Source: a bacterium
GTDB lineage: Bacteria; SAR324; XYD2-FULL-50-16; G965216635
Reading direction: 5' to 3'
DNA: 64,000 nucleotides
Assembly (NCBI GenBank): GCA_965216635.1
Contig: OZ244188.1
Location: 1,920,001-1,984,000 of the forward strand
In this document: positions 1 through 10,619 of the stretch, in pieces
How the letters are laid out: every line of letters starts with the position of its first letter
Position numbering within the stretch: position 1 is the stretch's first letter
Made by a program: the position numbers and the translations under genes
The notes under the pieces: model-generated
Seen by the model: the letters and a program-made list of their open reading frames with translations, nothing else
What the model was told of the DNA's origin: nothing
Databases searched by the model: none

Positions 1-1
1 A

Positions 2-121
2 CGATTAATTGGAAATTATAAAAACGATAAGAAAGAAGGAATATGGAAAGAGTATGATTCCACAGGAAAACTAAAACTTTGTAAAATTTTTAAAGAAGGA
101 CAGCAAATAGACACCTGCTAA
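2..121 (+). CDS. 3' end of a MORN-variant/YwqK-like repeat protein (partial, runs off the window start)
   Basis: Hand translation from base 2 gives RLIGNYKNDKKEGIWKEYDSTGKLKLCKIFKEGQQIDTC*. This has the same repeat and the same C-terminal CKIFKEG...C cap as the ORF at 207-920. Confidence 0.85.
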   Translation, partial: RLIGNYKNDKKEGIWKEYDSTGKLKLCKIFKEGQQIDTC

Positions 122-206
122 TTTCAAAACAATAGTATTTTCTATTTGATTTATCTTAAAATATTCTCTAAAATAGTATTTTTTCTAACCTAAACTAAAA
201 ACAACA

Positions 207-920
207 ATGAAAAAAATAATTATACTGCCAATGGTTCTACTAGCAATAGGATTGCTATCTGCTTTTACTGCTTTTGCTGAGGATTGTCCTAAAGGTATAT
301 CTTTGAAAAAAGTAAAAAAACAAAAACTTACTTGTCTACACAAAATTTATCACGAGAATGGAAAACTAGGGGCGATTGGAAATTATAAAAATGGAAAGCG
401 AGAAGGAGAATGGAAAGAGTATCACAAGAATGGAAAACTAATCTTTATTGTAAATTTTAAAAATGGAAAGCGAGAAGGAGAATGGAAAGAGTATCACAAA
501 AATGGAAAACTAAGATTGATTGGCAATCTTAAAGGTGAAAAGAAAGAAGGAGAATGGAAAGTGTATCACGAGAATGGAAAACTACGGGCGATTGGAAATT
601 TTAAAAATGGAAAGCAAGAAGGAGAAGATAAATTTTATCACGAGAATGGAAAACTGCAGGGGATTAGAAATTTTAAAAATGGAAAGCGAGAAGGAGAATA
701 CAAAGAGTATCACGAGAACGGAAAACTAAAACAGATTGGAAATTATAAAGATGGAAAGCGAGAAGGGGAATACAAAGAGTATCACAAGAATGAAAACCTA
801 AAATGGATCGTAAATTATAAAGATGGAAAGTGGGAAGGAAAATGGAAATCTTATCACGATAATGGAAAACTAAAATCTTGTAAAATTTTTAAAGAGGGAA
901 TTGAAACAGGCAATTGCTGA
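207..920 (+). CDS. Secreted MORN-variant repeat (YwqK-like) protein
   Basis: N-terminal signal peptide (..AFTAFA/ED) followed by about 8 copies of a 24-aa repeat YHENGKLxxIGNYKxGKREGEWKE. Confidence 0.85.
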   Translation: MKKIIILPMVLLAIGLLSAFTAFAEDCPKGISLKKVKKQKLTCLHKIYHENGKLGAIGNYKNGKREGEWKEYHKNGKLIFIVNFKNGKREGEWKEYHKNGKLRLIGNLKGEKKEGEWKVYHENGKLRAIGNFKNGKQEGEDKFYHENGKLQGIRNFKNGKREGEYKEYHENGKLKQIGNYKDGKREGEYKEYHKNENLKWIVNYKDGKWEGKWKSYHDNGKLKSCKIFKEGIETGNC

Positions 921-948
921 TTTGAAAAAAACTTTTTTTGGAATTTAT

Positions 949-1509
949 CTACCTATTGAGAGACGTCATCAAAGTTTTTATTGCAGAATCTAGATATTGA
1001 ACGGAAAAATCTTTTTTCATCTGCTCTAGTAGCTCGCAAACAATTAATACATCTCCTAAGGCTCGGTGTCTCCGTTCTGTATGAATCTCAAATCTATCTA
1101 CTATACTATCTAGCCCGTGTTTTCTGAATATGGGGTATAATTTTTGGGATAGTTTAAGAGAGCAAAAGACTTGAGGGTTATAGTTAAGTCCTAAAAAAGT
1201 AAATTCTCTTTGTAAGTAGGCAAGATCAATAGAAACATTGTGTGCAATCAAAAGTTTTCCGTCCAAAATTTCACGGATTTTTTGAGAGACTTCCCGAAAA
1301 AGGGGTGCATCTTCTACCATTGCATCTGTAATGCCTATATGGTTTTGAATGAACCTTGGAATCCTTTTTTTTGGATTGATAAGAGTTTCCCATTCCAAAA
1401 CTTTTTTACCTTTTTCAAAAGAAACAATTCCTATTTCAATGATTCTAGCAGACTGAGGAAATCCTCCAGTTGCTTCAATATCTACAACTACTGAATTATC
1501 AAATATCAT
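949..1509 (-). CDS. DEDDh 3'-5' exonuclease (DNA Pol III epsilon-like)
   Basis: Motifs VDIEATG, IIEIG, AHNVSID and HRALGD; overlaps the dnaJ stop. Confidence 0.9.
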   Translation of the reverse strand: MIFDNSVVVDIEATGGFPQSARIIEIGIVSFEKGKKVLEWETLINPKKRIPRFIQNHIGITDAMVEDAPLFREVSQKIREILDGKLLIAHNVSIDLAYLQREFTFLGLNYNPQVFCSLKLSQKLYPIFRKHGLDSIVDRFEIHTERRHRALGDVLIVCELLEQMKKDFSVQYLDSAIKTLMTSLNR

Positions 1510-2624
1510 AAAACATTTTTATCAATATTTTCTTGAAATTTTGCTACCCTCTTGTTGTGTTTTTTTTCAAAACTTTTTTTCAATTCAGAAAATATATCAT
1601 TTTGTTTTGAAGAAAGATTCTCTGGAACTTCTACCAAAATTTTTACTAAAAGATCTCCCGAACTTCCTCTATGAGAATAAATTCCTTTACCACGAAGGCG
1701 AAATATTTTTCCGTTTTGCGTGCCGGGAGGTATTGCGAATTTTGTTTTTCCCTCTAAACTGGGAACGATGATTTTTCCTCCTAAAACAGCTTCCACTATA
1801 CTTATAGGCACTTCACAGGTAATATCATTTCCTTCTCTTTGAAAAAAAGAATGCTCTTTTACATGAAAAATAACATAAAGATCTCCAGCACTAGCACCGT
1901 CTCTGCCCTGCTCTCCTTCTCCCGAAAAGCGAATTTTAGAACCAGTTTCCACTCCTGCTGGGATTTCTATAGTTAGCTTTTTATTCTTTGTCATCACTGT
2001 TTCTCCATGACAGCTCTTGCAGGGGACTTGGATAATACTTCCCTTTCCCCGACAACTAGAACAAGCAGTAGTAATCCCAATAAAACTTTGCTGCATTCTT
2101 ACAAAACCAGAACCATCACAATGAGAACAATGAACTATATCATTTTTTGACCTTGCTCCTGTACCACTACAGGCGGAGCAACTTTCTTCACGCGGGAATT
2201 CAATATCTACACTATTTCCTTTGACTGCATCTTGAAAAGAAATTTGTAAATTATATTGTAAATCACTGCCTCTTTGATTTGTGCTACGAGATCTTCCTCC
2301 TCCCGTAAAGCTTTCAAATATATCACCAAACACACTCTCAAATCCACTGCCCCCAGAAAAAAAATCTTCAAAGCCTCCCATGTTAGACGCAAAACCTCCA
2401 GAAGCTCCAGTATGACCGAATTGATCATAAGCCGATCTTCTTTTGGCATCCGACAGAACATGGTAGGCTTCGCTCAGTTCTTTAAATTTTTCTTCCGCCT
2501 GTTTATCTCCGGGATTTTTATCAGGGTGGTATTTGATAGCAACCTTGCGATACTGCTTTTTAATTTCATTGGCGTTAGCGCTTCTGCTAACTCCCAATAC
2601 TTCATAGTAATCTTTTTTGGACAC
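1506..2624 (-). CDS. dnaJ: Chaperone DnaJ
   Basis: J domain with HPD, G/F-rich region, four CxxCxGxG-type repeats; downstream of dnaK. Confidence 0.98.
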   Translation of the reverse strand: MSKKDYYEVLGVSRSANANEIKKQYRKVAIKYHPDKNPGDKQAEEKFKELSEAYHVLSDAKRRSAYDQFGHTGASGGFASNMGGFEDFFSGGSGFESVFGDIFESFTGGGRSRSTNQRGSDLQYNLQISFQDAVKGNSVDIEFPREESCSACSGTGARSKNDIVHCSHCDGSGFVRMQQSFIGITTACSSCRGKGSIIQVPCKSCHGETVMTKNKKLTIEIPAGVETGSKIRFSGEGEQGRDGASAGDLYVIFHVKEHSFFQREGNDITCEVPISIVEAVLGGKIIVPSLEGKTKFAIPPGTQNGKIFRLRGKGIYSHRGSSGDLLVKILVEVPENLSSKQNDIFSELKKSFEKKHNKRVAKFQENIDKNVL

Positions 2625-2630
2625 GATATA

Positions 2631-4538
2631 CTACTTTTTATCTACATTCTCATAATTAACATCTTCAGCTCCATCATCTTTCCCATCCTTATTATTTTTT
2701 TTGGATTTTTCATCAGGTGCAGAAGCACCAGAATCTGTTGCTTGGGAGAGTTTCTTGCCTATTTCTTGAAAATCTTTATTCAAATTTTCTGTCGCCTGAG
2801 TAATTGCAGATTCATCGTCTGTTTCTATTTTAGATTTTAATTCTTTGATGGAAGCCTCTACTTTCTGTTTATCTGCATCTTCTATTTTAGAAGCACTTTC
2901 TTGAAGTATTTTTTCGCATTGATAAATCAAACTATCAGCTTGATTTCTAGTATCTATCAATTTCCTTTTTGTTTTGTCCTGTGCGGCGTATTGTTCTGCT
3001 TCGTCTATCATTTTTTTAATATCCTCATCAGACAATCCTCCAGAAACAGTAATTTTAATTTTTTGTTCTTTCCCAGTGCCCTTGTCTTTTGCAGAAACAT
3101 TCAAAATACCATTAGCGTCAATATCAAAAGTAACTTCAATTTGTGGTGTTCCTCTTGGAGCAGAAGCAATGCCGAGTAATTCAAAATTACCAATGGTTTT
3201 ATTATCAACTGACATTTCTCTTTCTCCTTGCAAAACATGGATGTTCACAGCAGGCTGATTATCCGCTGCAGTAGAAAAAATCTGACTTTTTTTCGTCGGA
3301 ATAGTAGTGTTTTTTTCTATAAGACGGGTCATTACACCTCCTAGAGTTTCAATACCTAAAGAAAGAGGAGTTACATCTAATAGTAAAACATCTTTAACAT
3401 CTCCCTGTAATACGCCTCCTTGAATAGCTGCTCCCGATGCCACAACTTCATCCGGATTCACTCCTTTATGAGGTGTTTTTCCAATAAATTTTTCTACTAT
3501 TTCAATAATTTTAGGCATTCTCGTCATTCCACCAACTAAAATCACATCGTCTATATCAGAGGTTGTAATTCCAGAATCTTTTAGAGCCTGTTTCATAGGC
3601 GTCAAACACCTTTGAATCAAATCATCTACTAACTGCTCAAGTTTAGAGCGGGTGAGTTTGATATTCAAATGTTTAGGTCCTGAGGCATCGGCAGTTACAA
3701 AAGGAAGATTCACTTCTGTTTCTGTAGAAGAAGAAAGTTCGTGTTTGGCTTTTTCTGCAGCTTCTTTCAGCCTCTGTAGAGCCATCTTATCTCCTCTTAA
3801 ATCAATGCCATTTTCGTTTTTAAATTGTTCTGCAAGATAATCTATAATCTTTAAATCAAAATCCTCTCCTCCAAGGTGAGTATCTCCATTTGTAGATTTC
3901 ACTTCAAAAACTCCGTCCCCAAGTTCTAAAATGGAAACATCAAAAGTTCCTCCACCTAAATCAAAAACCAAAATTGTTTCTTCTTTTTTTTTGTCTAATC
4001 CGTAGGCTAATGCGGCTGCAGTTGGTTCGTTAATAATTCTTAAAACTTCTAGTCCTGCTATTTTGCCTGCATCTTTGGTAGCTTGCCTCTGGGTATCATT
4101 AAAATAAGCTGGCACCGTAATAACAGCTTGGGTGACTTTTTCTCCGAGATAATCTTCTGCGGTAGACTTCATCTTCTGCAAAACAAAAGCAGAAATTTCC
4201 GCAGGGGAAAAGTTTTTATCTCCTATTTTTATTTGGGCTGAGTTGTTTGAGCCTTTTACTACTTCATAGCTAAAGGTTTTAACATCTTCTTGAATAGAAG
4301 GAGAATTAAAGTCGTTACCCAACAACCTTTTTACGGAAGAAATGGTTTTCTTGGGATTGGTAATCGCCTGTCTTTTTGCGATCTGTCCAATTAATTTTTC
4401 ATTTTTGTCGTTGAAAGCGACAACTGAAGGTGTAGTTCTAAAGCCCTCAGAATTTTCAATAATTTTGGCATCCCCAGCTTCTATAATTGCCACACAAGAA
4501 TTTGTGGTGCCTAAGTCTATGCCGATAACCTTACTCAT
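2631..4538 (-). CDS. dnaK: Chaperone DnaK (Hsp70)
   Basis: [17 protein letters not shown] and DLGGGTFD signatures. Confidence 0.99.
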   Translation of the reverse strand: MSKVIGIDLGTTNSCVAIIEAGDAKIIENSEGFRTTPSVVAFNDKNEKLIGQIAKRQAITNPKKTISSVKRLLGNDFNSPSIQEDVKTFSYEVVKGSNNSAQIKIGDKNFSPAEISAFVLQKMKSTAEDYLGEKVTQAVITVPAYFNDTQRQATKDAGKIAGLEVLRIINEPTAAALAYGLDKKKEETILVFDLGGGTFDVSILELGDGVFEVKSTNGDTHLGGEDFDLKIIDYLAEQFKNENGIDLRGDKMALQRLKEAAEKAKHELSSSTETEVNLPFVTADASGPKHLNIKLTRSKLEQLVDDLIQRCLTPMKQALKDSGITTSDIDDVILVGGMTRMPKIIEIVEKFIGKTPHKGVNPDEVVASGAAIQGGVLQGDVKDVLLLDVTPLSLGIETLGGVMTRLIEKNTTIPTKKSQIFSTAADNQPAVNIHVLQGEREMSVDNKTIGNFELLGIASAPRGTPQIEVTFDIDANGILNVSAKDKGTGKEQKIKITVSGGLSDEDIKKMIDEAEQYAAQDKTKRKLIDTRNQADSLIYQCEKILQESASKIEDADKQKVEASIKELKSKIETDDESAITQATENLNKDFQEIGKKLSQATDSGASAPDEKSKKNNKDGKDDGAEDVNYENVDKK

Positions 4539-4546
4539 ATATTTTA

Positions 4547-4782
4547 TAGACCCTTGCGTTAGCGCCCTGTTCAGCCTATGCGGCGTTACTCAAATTTTTT
4601 ATTCCTCAAAATACTCTTAGTGCTCTATGCAAAATAAAGATTATAGTAAAAAAACCACGGGCTCTTTTACATCCCACTTTTGCTAAATGCAAATTATAGA
4701 GTATTTTTCACTACGTCATTCCTTGTAATAAAAAACTTTCGCACCTTGCCTAGCCGTCAACTAACACTACCGCAAAGGTCTC
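4547..4782. mobile_element. MITE-like palindromic element (divergent copy)
   Basis: Ends TAGACCCTTGCG...CGCAAAGGTCT; internal cagcctatgcggcgtt and gcaccttgcctagccgtca blocks are shared with other copies. Confidence 0.6.
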
Positions 4783-4792
4783 TCGTATAAAT

Positions 4793-4972
4793 TAGACTTT
4801 TGAATTTGCATTCTGTTTAGCCAAAGCAAACGTTAAAAAAAAATTTTAACTCTTGCCATTTGTGAAGAAATGCTCTTGAGTATTCCTGCGAGCTAAAAAA
4901 AATTTGCCCCTGTTCTAACCAGTTGGCTAGCCCCAATAGTGGGATAAGCATCAGCAAAATTCAAAGGTCGTA
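4793..4972. mobile_element. MITE-like palindromic element
   Basis: Terminal inverted repeats TAGACTTTTGAATT...AATTCAAAGGTC; internal blocks shared with the copies at 14.5 kb and 43.2 kb. Confidence 0.75.
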
Positions 4973-5053
4973 TAAATTTATGTTTTGTTTTGTTTAAATA
5001 GTTTTAGAAAATAGTAAAATTACTAATTTTCTCTATAGTAACAGTAAAAAAAA

Positions 5054-5905
5054 TTATTCTTTCCGTTTAGAAACCTGAACCATAGCCGCCCTAATAACCT
5101 TATCGTGAAGCAAATATCCCGGTGTAAAAACATCCACTACCTGATTGGGTTCTGCATCTTTTGTCTCTAATGTGCCTACTGCCTCGTGCCTTTCTGGATT
5201 AAAAACTTCTCCCAAATCCAGAAATCTTTTAATATGGTGTTGTTTAAAAACATTCAAAAATTGTTGTTGAACTAATTTAATACCCTGTACAAATTCTTCT
5301 AGTCTAGAATCATCTTTTTCTTGTTCTACATGCTTTAAAGCATTTTCTAAAGAATCGGTTACGCTAAACAGATCTTTAGCTATGGATTCCACAGCATATT
5401 GTAAGTCCGAAATTGTTCGTTGTTGTTGTCTCTTCTTATAATTATCAAATTCCGCTGCTAATCTCATAAATTGATCTTTCTGCTGTGCCAAGGATTCCAC
5501 TAAAATTTTTACTTTTTGTTCGAAATCTAGCCTATCTTTTTTAGGGGGTTTAAAGTGTTCTTCTTTATCAAGATTAAATTTTTCATTTTTCTTTAATTCT
5601 TCTGTTTGTTGTTCGGCAGTGATTTTTTCTGTTTCTCTAGTCGCTTCTGTTTGTTGTTCGGCAGTAATTTTTTCTGTTTCTCTAGTCGCTTCTGTTTGTT
5701 GTTCGGCAGTAATTTTTTCTGTTCCTCTATTCGCTTCTGTTTGTTGTTCGGCAATAGAGCCTTCTGTTTCTGTTGACCTTTCTGGTTCAGTTTTAGCATC
5801 TGGTTCAGTTTTAACAGAACCGTTCATATTAGAAACGTTTATACCAGATTTGTTTTCTGGTGATACTATTGTTTTCTTTTTGTTTTGTTTATTGAGATTA
5901 GTCAT
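5054..5905 (-). CDS. grpE: Nucleotide exchange factor GrpE with repeat-expanded N-terminus
   Basis: RLAAEFDNYKKR, FNPERHEAV and GYLLHDKVIRAAMVQV motifs. Start placed at ATG 5905 (ORF track begins at 5926). Confidence 0.95.
   Translation of the reverse strand: MTNLNKQNKKKTIVSPENKSGINVSNMNGSVKTEPDAKTEPERSTETEGSIAEQQTEANRGTEKITAEQQTEATRETEKITAEQQTEATRETEKITAEQQTEELKKNEKFNLDKEEHFKPPKKDRLDFEQKVKILVESLAQQKDQFMRLAAEFDNYKKRQQQRTISDLQYAVESIAKDLFSVTDSLENALKHVEQEKDDSRLEEFVQGIKLVQQQFLNVFKQHHIKRFLDLGEVFNPERHEAVGTLETKDAEPNQVVDVFTPGYLLHDKVIRAAMVQVSKRKE
5600..5753 (-). repeat. 45-bp in-frame tandem repeat (about 3.4 copies) in grpE
   Basis: Units begin at 5600, 5645, 5690 and 5735 and encode AEQQTEATRETEKIT. 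Confidence 0.95.
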
Positions 5906-5934
5906 TTTAATTAAGCTATAATTCACATACTATA

Positions 5935-6075
5935 TATACTTTTGAATTTGCATTCTGTTCAGCCTATGCAGCGTTGAAAATTTGTGAAAAATGCTCACAT
6001 ACTAGCGTGTATGCTCCGCTATTTCACAAATTTTCGCACCTGTCTACCATCACATCAGCAAAATTCAAAGGTCTA
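5935..6075. mobile_element. MITE-like palindromic element
   Basis: ACTTTTGAATTTGCATTCTG...AATTCAAAGGTCTA ends; internal hairpin resembles the 46.1 kb copy in opposite orientation. Confidence 0.75.
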
Positions 6076-6138
6076 TATATAACTTATCCTATTTTTAGGA
6101 TAAAAGTCAACAAAAAAATTCAAAAAAATAAAAAACAC

Positions 6139-6894
6139 CTACAGTAAATTTAATATTTTTTCTACATCCTCTGCATTATCTATGCTTGAAGATTTTTTTT
6201 CTGTGATCATCACATAGATTTGTTGTCCAAAATCTAATGCTCGCAACTGTTCTAGGCTTTCTGTTTTTTCTAGTTTAGAATCTCCCGCCTGAGTGAACCA
6301 AAATAAGAATTTTTTTGTAAATCCATAAACACCTAGGTGGCAAAAATAATTACCTGTTGATTTTTCCCCTGTTATTTTTTTTGAGGCAAGATTTTTATGA
6401 TACGGAATAGGAGATCTAGAAAAATAGATAGCTCTGCTATAAGAATCTAAAACAACCTTAACTTTAGAAGAATCCTCAATGTCCTTATGTGAGTGCATAG
6501 GATAGGCAGCTGTTACCATTTCAAACTTTTGTTCGCGGAGTTTTTTATCTAATAAATCTAAAAGAGAGGGATGAATTAAAGGTTCATCTGCTTGTAAATT
6601 AATGATATAATCACAGTCTAGTTTTTGAGCAGCTTCCGCTACTCTATCACTTCCTGATTGATGTTTGTTTGAAGTCATAATAATTTTTTCTGTAAAACCG
6701 CTTGCTATCTTTTGAATTTTAGAACTATCTGTTGCAATATAAACTTCACTAATAGAAGATTGACAAGCTTTTTCGTAGACTCTTTGAATCATAGGTTTGC
6801 CTTTTAAGTCCAAAAGAACTTTTCCTGCTAGCCTAGTAGAAGCTAATCTAGCGGGAATTATAATTACGGTTTTTTTGCTAAAACAGGATTTCAC
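6139..6894 (-). CDS. kdsB: 3-deoxy-manno-octulosonate cytidylyltransferase
   Basis: IIPARLASTRLAGK, SGSDRV, INLQADEP, YFSRSPIP and LEQLRAL motifs. Confidence 0.96.
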   Translation of the reverse strand: MKSCFSKKTVIIIPARLASTRLAGKVLLDLKGKPMIQRVYEKACQSSISEVYIATDSSKIQKIASGFTEKIIMTSNKHQSGSDRVAEAAQKLDCDYIINLQADEPLIHPSLLDLLDKKLREQKFEMVTAAYPMHSHKDIEDSSKVKVVLDSYSRAIYFSRSPIPYHKNLASKKITGEKSTGNYFCHLGVYGFTKKFLFWFTQAGDSKLEKTESLEQLRALDFGQQIYVMITEKKSSSIDNAEDVEKILNLL

Positions 6895-6993
6895 AAATAA
6901 TTCTTGACAAAGGTATGGATATAGATTGATTCTCTTTAAAAGAATAGTATAGAACTAACTATAATAAAACTAACTATAATATAGCTTACAAAT

Positions 6994-8373
6994 ATGAGTA
7001 AAAAAAATCAAGCAATAGACTTAACAACAGGTTCTATTCCTAAACTTTTAAGGCAGCTTTTTATACCTGCTAGTATTGGAATGCTGTTTAGTGTTCTTTA
7101 CAATGTTGTAGATACCTACTTTGGCGGACAAATTTCTCCGCAAGCTCTAGCATCTTTGTCAGTGACTTTTCCTATATTCTTTCTTGTTATTGCTTTCTCT
7201 GTTGGTTTTTCTGCAGGGGCTTCGGCTCTTATTGCCACCAAAATAGGATCAAAAAACAAAGAAGAAGCCAAAAAATTCTACTGCCAGTTCTTGAGTTTTG
7301 GAGTATTTTTAGCTCTTTTTCTGACGCTACTTGGGCTATGGGTTAGCAAACCAATGCTCGTTTTTTTAGGGGCTGAAGGAAAATATTTAGAAGATGCCTT
7401 AGCCTATATTATCCCCATTTTTGGCGGTTCTGCTTTTATATTATTCGCCTTTATTGTTAATTCTGGTTTAAACGCTCAAGGACTAACTAAACCAAATCGT
7501 AATTATTTGATTGTAGCATTTTTTGCAAATATCATTTTGGATTACTGGTTCATCCATGGCGGGTTGGGAGTTCCCGCTTTGGGAATACAAGGAATTGCTT
7601 TTGCTACAGTTTTGGTACACTTACTAGGAATTTTTTATCTACTTTATTGTGTTAAACAGACTTTTCTGTTTGAAAAAATTGACTCCTGTTTTCTCTGCTA
7701 TTTTATCCCAGAAAAAAAACACTTCAAACTAATTTTAGAGCAAGGAATGCCTACTACTATTAGTATGTTAAGTATAGGTTTTTACTTTTTTGTGCTAAAT
7801 AAATTTATTTCCTCCTTTGGTTCTGATGCAATTGCAGCTTACGGAATAGGTTTGAGAGTAGAGCAGTTAATATTAGTTCCTGGTATCGGCATAGGCATAG
7901 CTGTTAGCACTCTAGTAGCACAAAACCATGGCGCTGCTTTAAAAAATAGGGTTCGCGAATCCATCCGTGCTGGAATTTTGTATTTTTTTGTTATGATGAT
8001 AATAGGGTGCATTTTTTTACTTGTTATAGGAGAATATGTGCTTTTATTATTCACTCAAAAAAAAGAAATTGTATCTGTTGGACTGGAGTATCTGAGGATA
8101 GAAGCCTTCACTTTATTTAGTTATGTTCTTATACATATACCGGGTTCTATTTTACAGGGACTCAAAAGACCTAATATCTCTACCTATATCAATCTGTTTG
8201 GAAGATGTCTGCCTATTCCTGTTTTGTATATTTTGATCTATTCACTAGATTTTGGAAGTAAAGCTATTTGGTGGACTATTTTTGGGAATAGCTGGTTTAT
8301 GGCAATTTTATTTATTATTTTTACAAAAAGAGAAATGAAAAGAGCCTTCCCTAAGGGAGCCGATGTTTTTTAA
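6994..8373 (+). CDS. MATE family efflux transporter
   Basis: LYNVVDTYFGG, NIILD..FI.G.G.P.LGI.G.A.AT and AIAAYGI motifs; about 12 TM segments. Confidence 0.93.
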   Translation: MSKKNQAIDLTTGSIPKLLRQLFIPASIGMLFSVLYNVVDTYFGGQISPQALASLSVTFPIFFLVIAFSVGFSAGASALIATKIGSKNKEEAKKFYCQFLSFGVFLALFLTLLGLWVSKPMLVFLGAEGKYLEDALAYIIPIFGGSAFILFAFIVNSGLNAQGLTKPNRNYLIVAFFANIILDYWFIHGGLGVPALGIQGIAFATVLVHLLGIFYLLYCVKQTFLFEKIDSCFLCYFIPEKKHFKLILEQGMPTTISMLSIGFYFFVLNKFISSFGSDAIAAYGIGLRVEQLILVPGIGIGIAVSTLVAQNHGAALKNRVRESIRAGILYFFVMMIIGCIFLLVIGEYVLLLFTQKKEIVSVGLEYLRIEAFTLFSYVLIHIPGSILQGLKRPNISTYINLFGRCLPIPVLYILIYSLDFGSKAIWWTIFGNSWFMAILFIIFTKREMKRAFPKGADVF

Positions 8374-8374
8374 A

Positions 8375-9061
8375 ATGCACTCGCTCTACCCCATTTTAAT
8401 TCTATCTTTAAAAATCAGCAGCTGCGCTGTATTGCTACAAACTGTGCCTGCAATTTTTTGGGGTTGGTATTTAACAAAACGAAAAAGTAAATTTCAGTTT
8501 TTATTCCAAAGTTTAATACTACTACCTTTGATGCTAACCCCTTTAGTAGTAGGTTATTTTGTGTTACAACTATTCCATCCAGATAGTTGGCTAGGAAATA
8601 GTCTACAACAATTAGGAGTAGATATTCTTTTTAATTGGAAGGGAGCTGTTATTGCGGTATCTATTGTTAGTTTTCCTTTGTATGTTCAATCTGTACAGAT
8701 TGCAATGACGACTGTTCCGAAAAAGTTTGAGCATCTTTCTCTTGTTTTAGGAAACTCTACTTGGCAAACTTTTTTAAAAGTAATTTTGCCCTTGACTAGA
8801 TTTGGAATTTTGAGAGGAGCTTTAATTTCCTTCGCGAGGAACCTAGGAGAATTTGGAGCTACTGTTGTTGTGGTAGGGATTATTCCCTTGCAAACAGAAA
8901 CAATTCCATCAGCCATTTTCAGGTCTTTGAGCATCCCCAATCAAGAAAACAAAATACGGACATTAATTATTTTATCTATAGCTTTTTCTTTATTATTTCT
9001 TTTTTTCATTCAATGGATAGAACAAGCAAGAAAAAAAGACTGGAGATTCAATACCACTTAA
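8375..9061 (+). CDS. modB: Molybdate ABC transporter permease
   Basis: LPLMLTPLVVGY, SFARNLGEFGAT and TETIPSAIF motifs. Start may instead be 8363. Confidence 0.88.
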   Translation: MHSLYPILILSLKISSCAVLLQTVPAIFWGWYLTKRKSKFQFLFQSLILLPLMLTPLVVGYFVLQLFHPDSWLGNSLQQLGVDILFNWKGAVIAVSIVSFPLYVQSVQIAMTTVPKKFEHLSLVLGNSTWQTFLKVILPLTRFGILRGALISFARNLGEFGATVVVVGIIPLQTETIPSAIFRSLSIPNQENKIRTLIILSIAFSLLFLFFIQWIEQARKKDWRFNTT

Positions 9062-9687
9062 ACTTTTGGGGGAGAAAAAATCTGTTTTTTGAATCTCAAG
9101 TTCACTTGGATTTAAAAATAGATAGATTAGTGATTACAGGGCCCATAGCCAGTGGAAAATCTAGTTTTTTAAAAATAATAGCTGGAATTTTGCAACCTGA
9201 TTTTTGTAGAGTTGTTTTTGACGGCGAGATATTTATAGATACAAAACAAAAAAAATACAACCCCATTCATAAGAGAAAGCTCGGCTACTTATTACAAGAA
9301 GCGTTTTTGTTTCCTTATCTTAATGTTCGTGAAAATCTGCTCTTTTCTCCAATGGCGAAAGATAACCCCAATCTAGAAAAGTGGATTGACAATTTTGGAG
9401 TTGCACAAATTCTTTCCAAAATGCCATTAGAAATTTCAGGCGGAGAGAGAAAAAAAATTTGTCTACTACAAATTCTTTTAAGCAAACCTAATCTGTTGCT
9501 TTTAGATGAACCTTTAACTTCTTTAGATAAAAGAAGCAAATACCAGTTCTTGGAATTTATAATGCAATTCCAGCAGGACTTTAATTTACCGGTAATCTAT
9601 GTCACTCACTCTCCAGAAGAGGCAAATATCTTCGCAAAACAAAGAATTTACCTAAAAAAAGGAAAGGTTCACAAATTTACGCACTAG
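9013..9687 (+). CDS. modC: Molybdate ABC transporter ATP-binding protein
   Basis: Walker A GPIASGKS, signature ISGGE, Walker B LLLLDEP, and VTH; adjacent to modB. Confidence 0.85.
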   Translation: MDRTSKKKRLEIQYHLNFWGRKNLFFESQVHLDLKIDRLVITGPIASGKSSFLKIIAGILQPDFCRVVFDGEIFIDTKQKKYNPIHKRKLGYLLQEAFLFPYLNVRENLLFSPMAKDNPNLEKWIDNFGVAQILSKMPLEISGGERKKICLLQILLSKPNLLLLDEPLTSLDKRSKYQFLEFIMQFQQDFNLPVIYVTHSPEEANIFAKQRIYLKKGKVHKFTH

Positions 9688-9833
9688 GAATAGCTACGCT
9701 CAACGCAACAAGACCACTGCATTGGTGTTTTTCAACTATGCAACGGTCTCACAATATTTTGGGCTAAGCATAACCACAACCTATACAAAACCATCAGTAA
9801 ATAAAATTTAGTAGATGCTTGAGTGCGGACAAT

Positions 9834-10130
9834 TTAATCTCGTTCTGAGAATTTTCTTGTTTTTTCAGGGTCTCTAGGTCTTGCCACATTGACAACTAAC
9901 TCCCTGTCTTGCAATTGACTTTGATGCAAGCTCTCTATTGCTTTTTGAGCTTCTGCTTCTTCTGTCATTTCCACAAAACCAAAACCTCTAGATCTTTTAG
10001 TTTCTCTGTCTCTAACAATTTTTGCAAAAGCTACATTTCCATGAGCCTCAAAAATCTCCCTAAGTTCTTTACTTGACAACTGAAAAGGTAGGTTACCTAC
10101 ATAGATATGAATTCTATCATCTTGTTCCAT
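9834..10130 (-). CDS. RRM (RNP-1) RNA-binding protein
   Basis: IYVGNL (RNP2) and RGFGFVEM (RNP1). Confidence 0.95.
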   Translation of the reverse strand: MEQDDRIHIYVGNLPFQLSSKELREIFEAHGNVAFAKIVRDRETKRSRGFGFVEMTEEAEAQKAIESLHQSQLQDRELVVNVARPRDPEKTRKFSERD

Positions 10131-10380
10131 AATTTACACAATAAATAGAGCATTGCATTAGCGCTATGTAGGCTAATACAACATTCTTATAATTTTAATT
10201 TAATTTAACAAACTGAGATCTTTGAATTGAATGTGTCCCTAAAGACTTTTTCACTCCATTCGAATCTCTCAAAAACTCCCAAAGGGAGTATCATTTAAAA
10301 CCTCTAAATTAAACAAAATCTAGCTCTGTTTTTTAGACACGGCATAGATTCATCAAATTTTTAATTTAAAGATTGTTTTA

Positions 10381-10619
10381 AAACCTCTTGAATTAGGCAT
10401 TATAGGAAAACTAGGCAGGCAAAAAAAAATTATGTCACTAGGGTGTATATATATATCGTCTGAGCGAAACGCTACAAGACTTAATCCTTGATAAGGATAA
10501 AGTGCCAAAAGGCACTTTTACTATAGCCCTTATGAAATAGATACCAAAGAAAAGTATTTCAAGGGATAAATTTTTTTTTAACGCAGCATAGTTGAACTAG
10601 AATGCAAATTCAAAGGCAT
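10381..10619. mobile_element. MITE-like palindromic element (divergent)
   Basis: TTGAATTAGGCATTATAGG...GAATGCAAATTCAAAGG ends; hairpin aaagtgccaaaaggcacttt is shared with the 14.5 kb copy. Confidence 0.65.

Noticed and set aside
2207..4620. Alternative-frame and antisense ORFs over dnaJ and dnaK, and similar ones over other core genes
   Set aside because: They overlap well-supported conserved genes almost entirely and have no independent motifs.
4539..6138. CIRCE operator or hrcA for the grpE-dnaK-dnaJ cluster
   Set aside because: I found no TTAGCACTC-N9-GAGTGCTAA; the intergenic palindromes belong to the MITE family.
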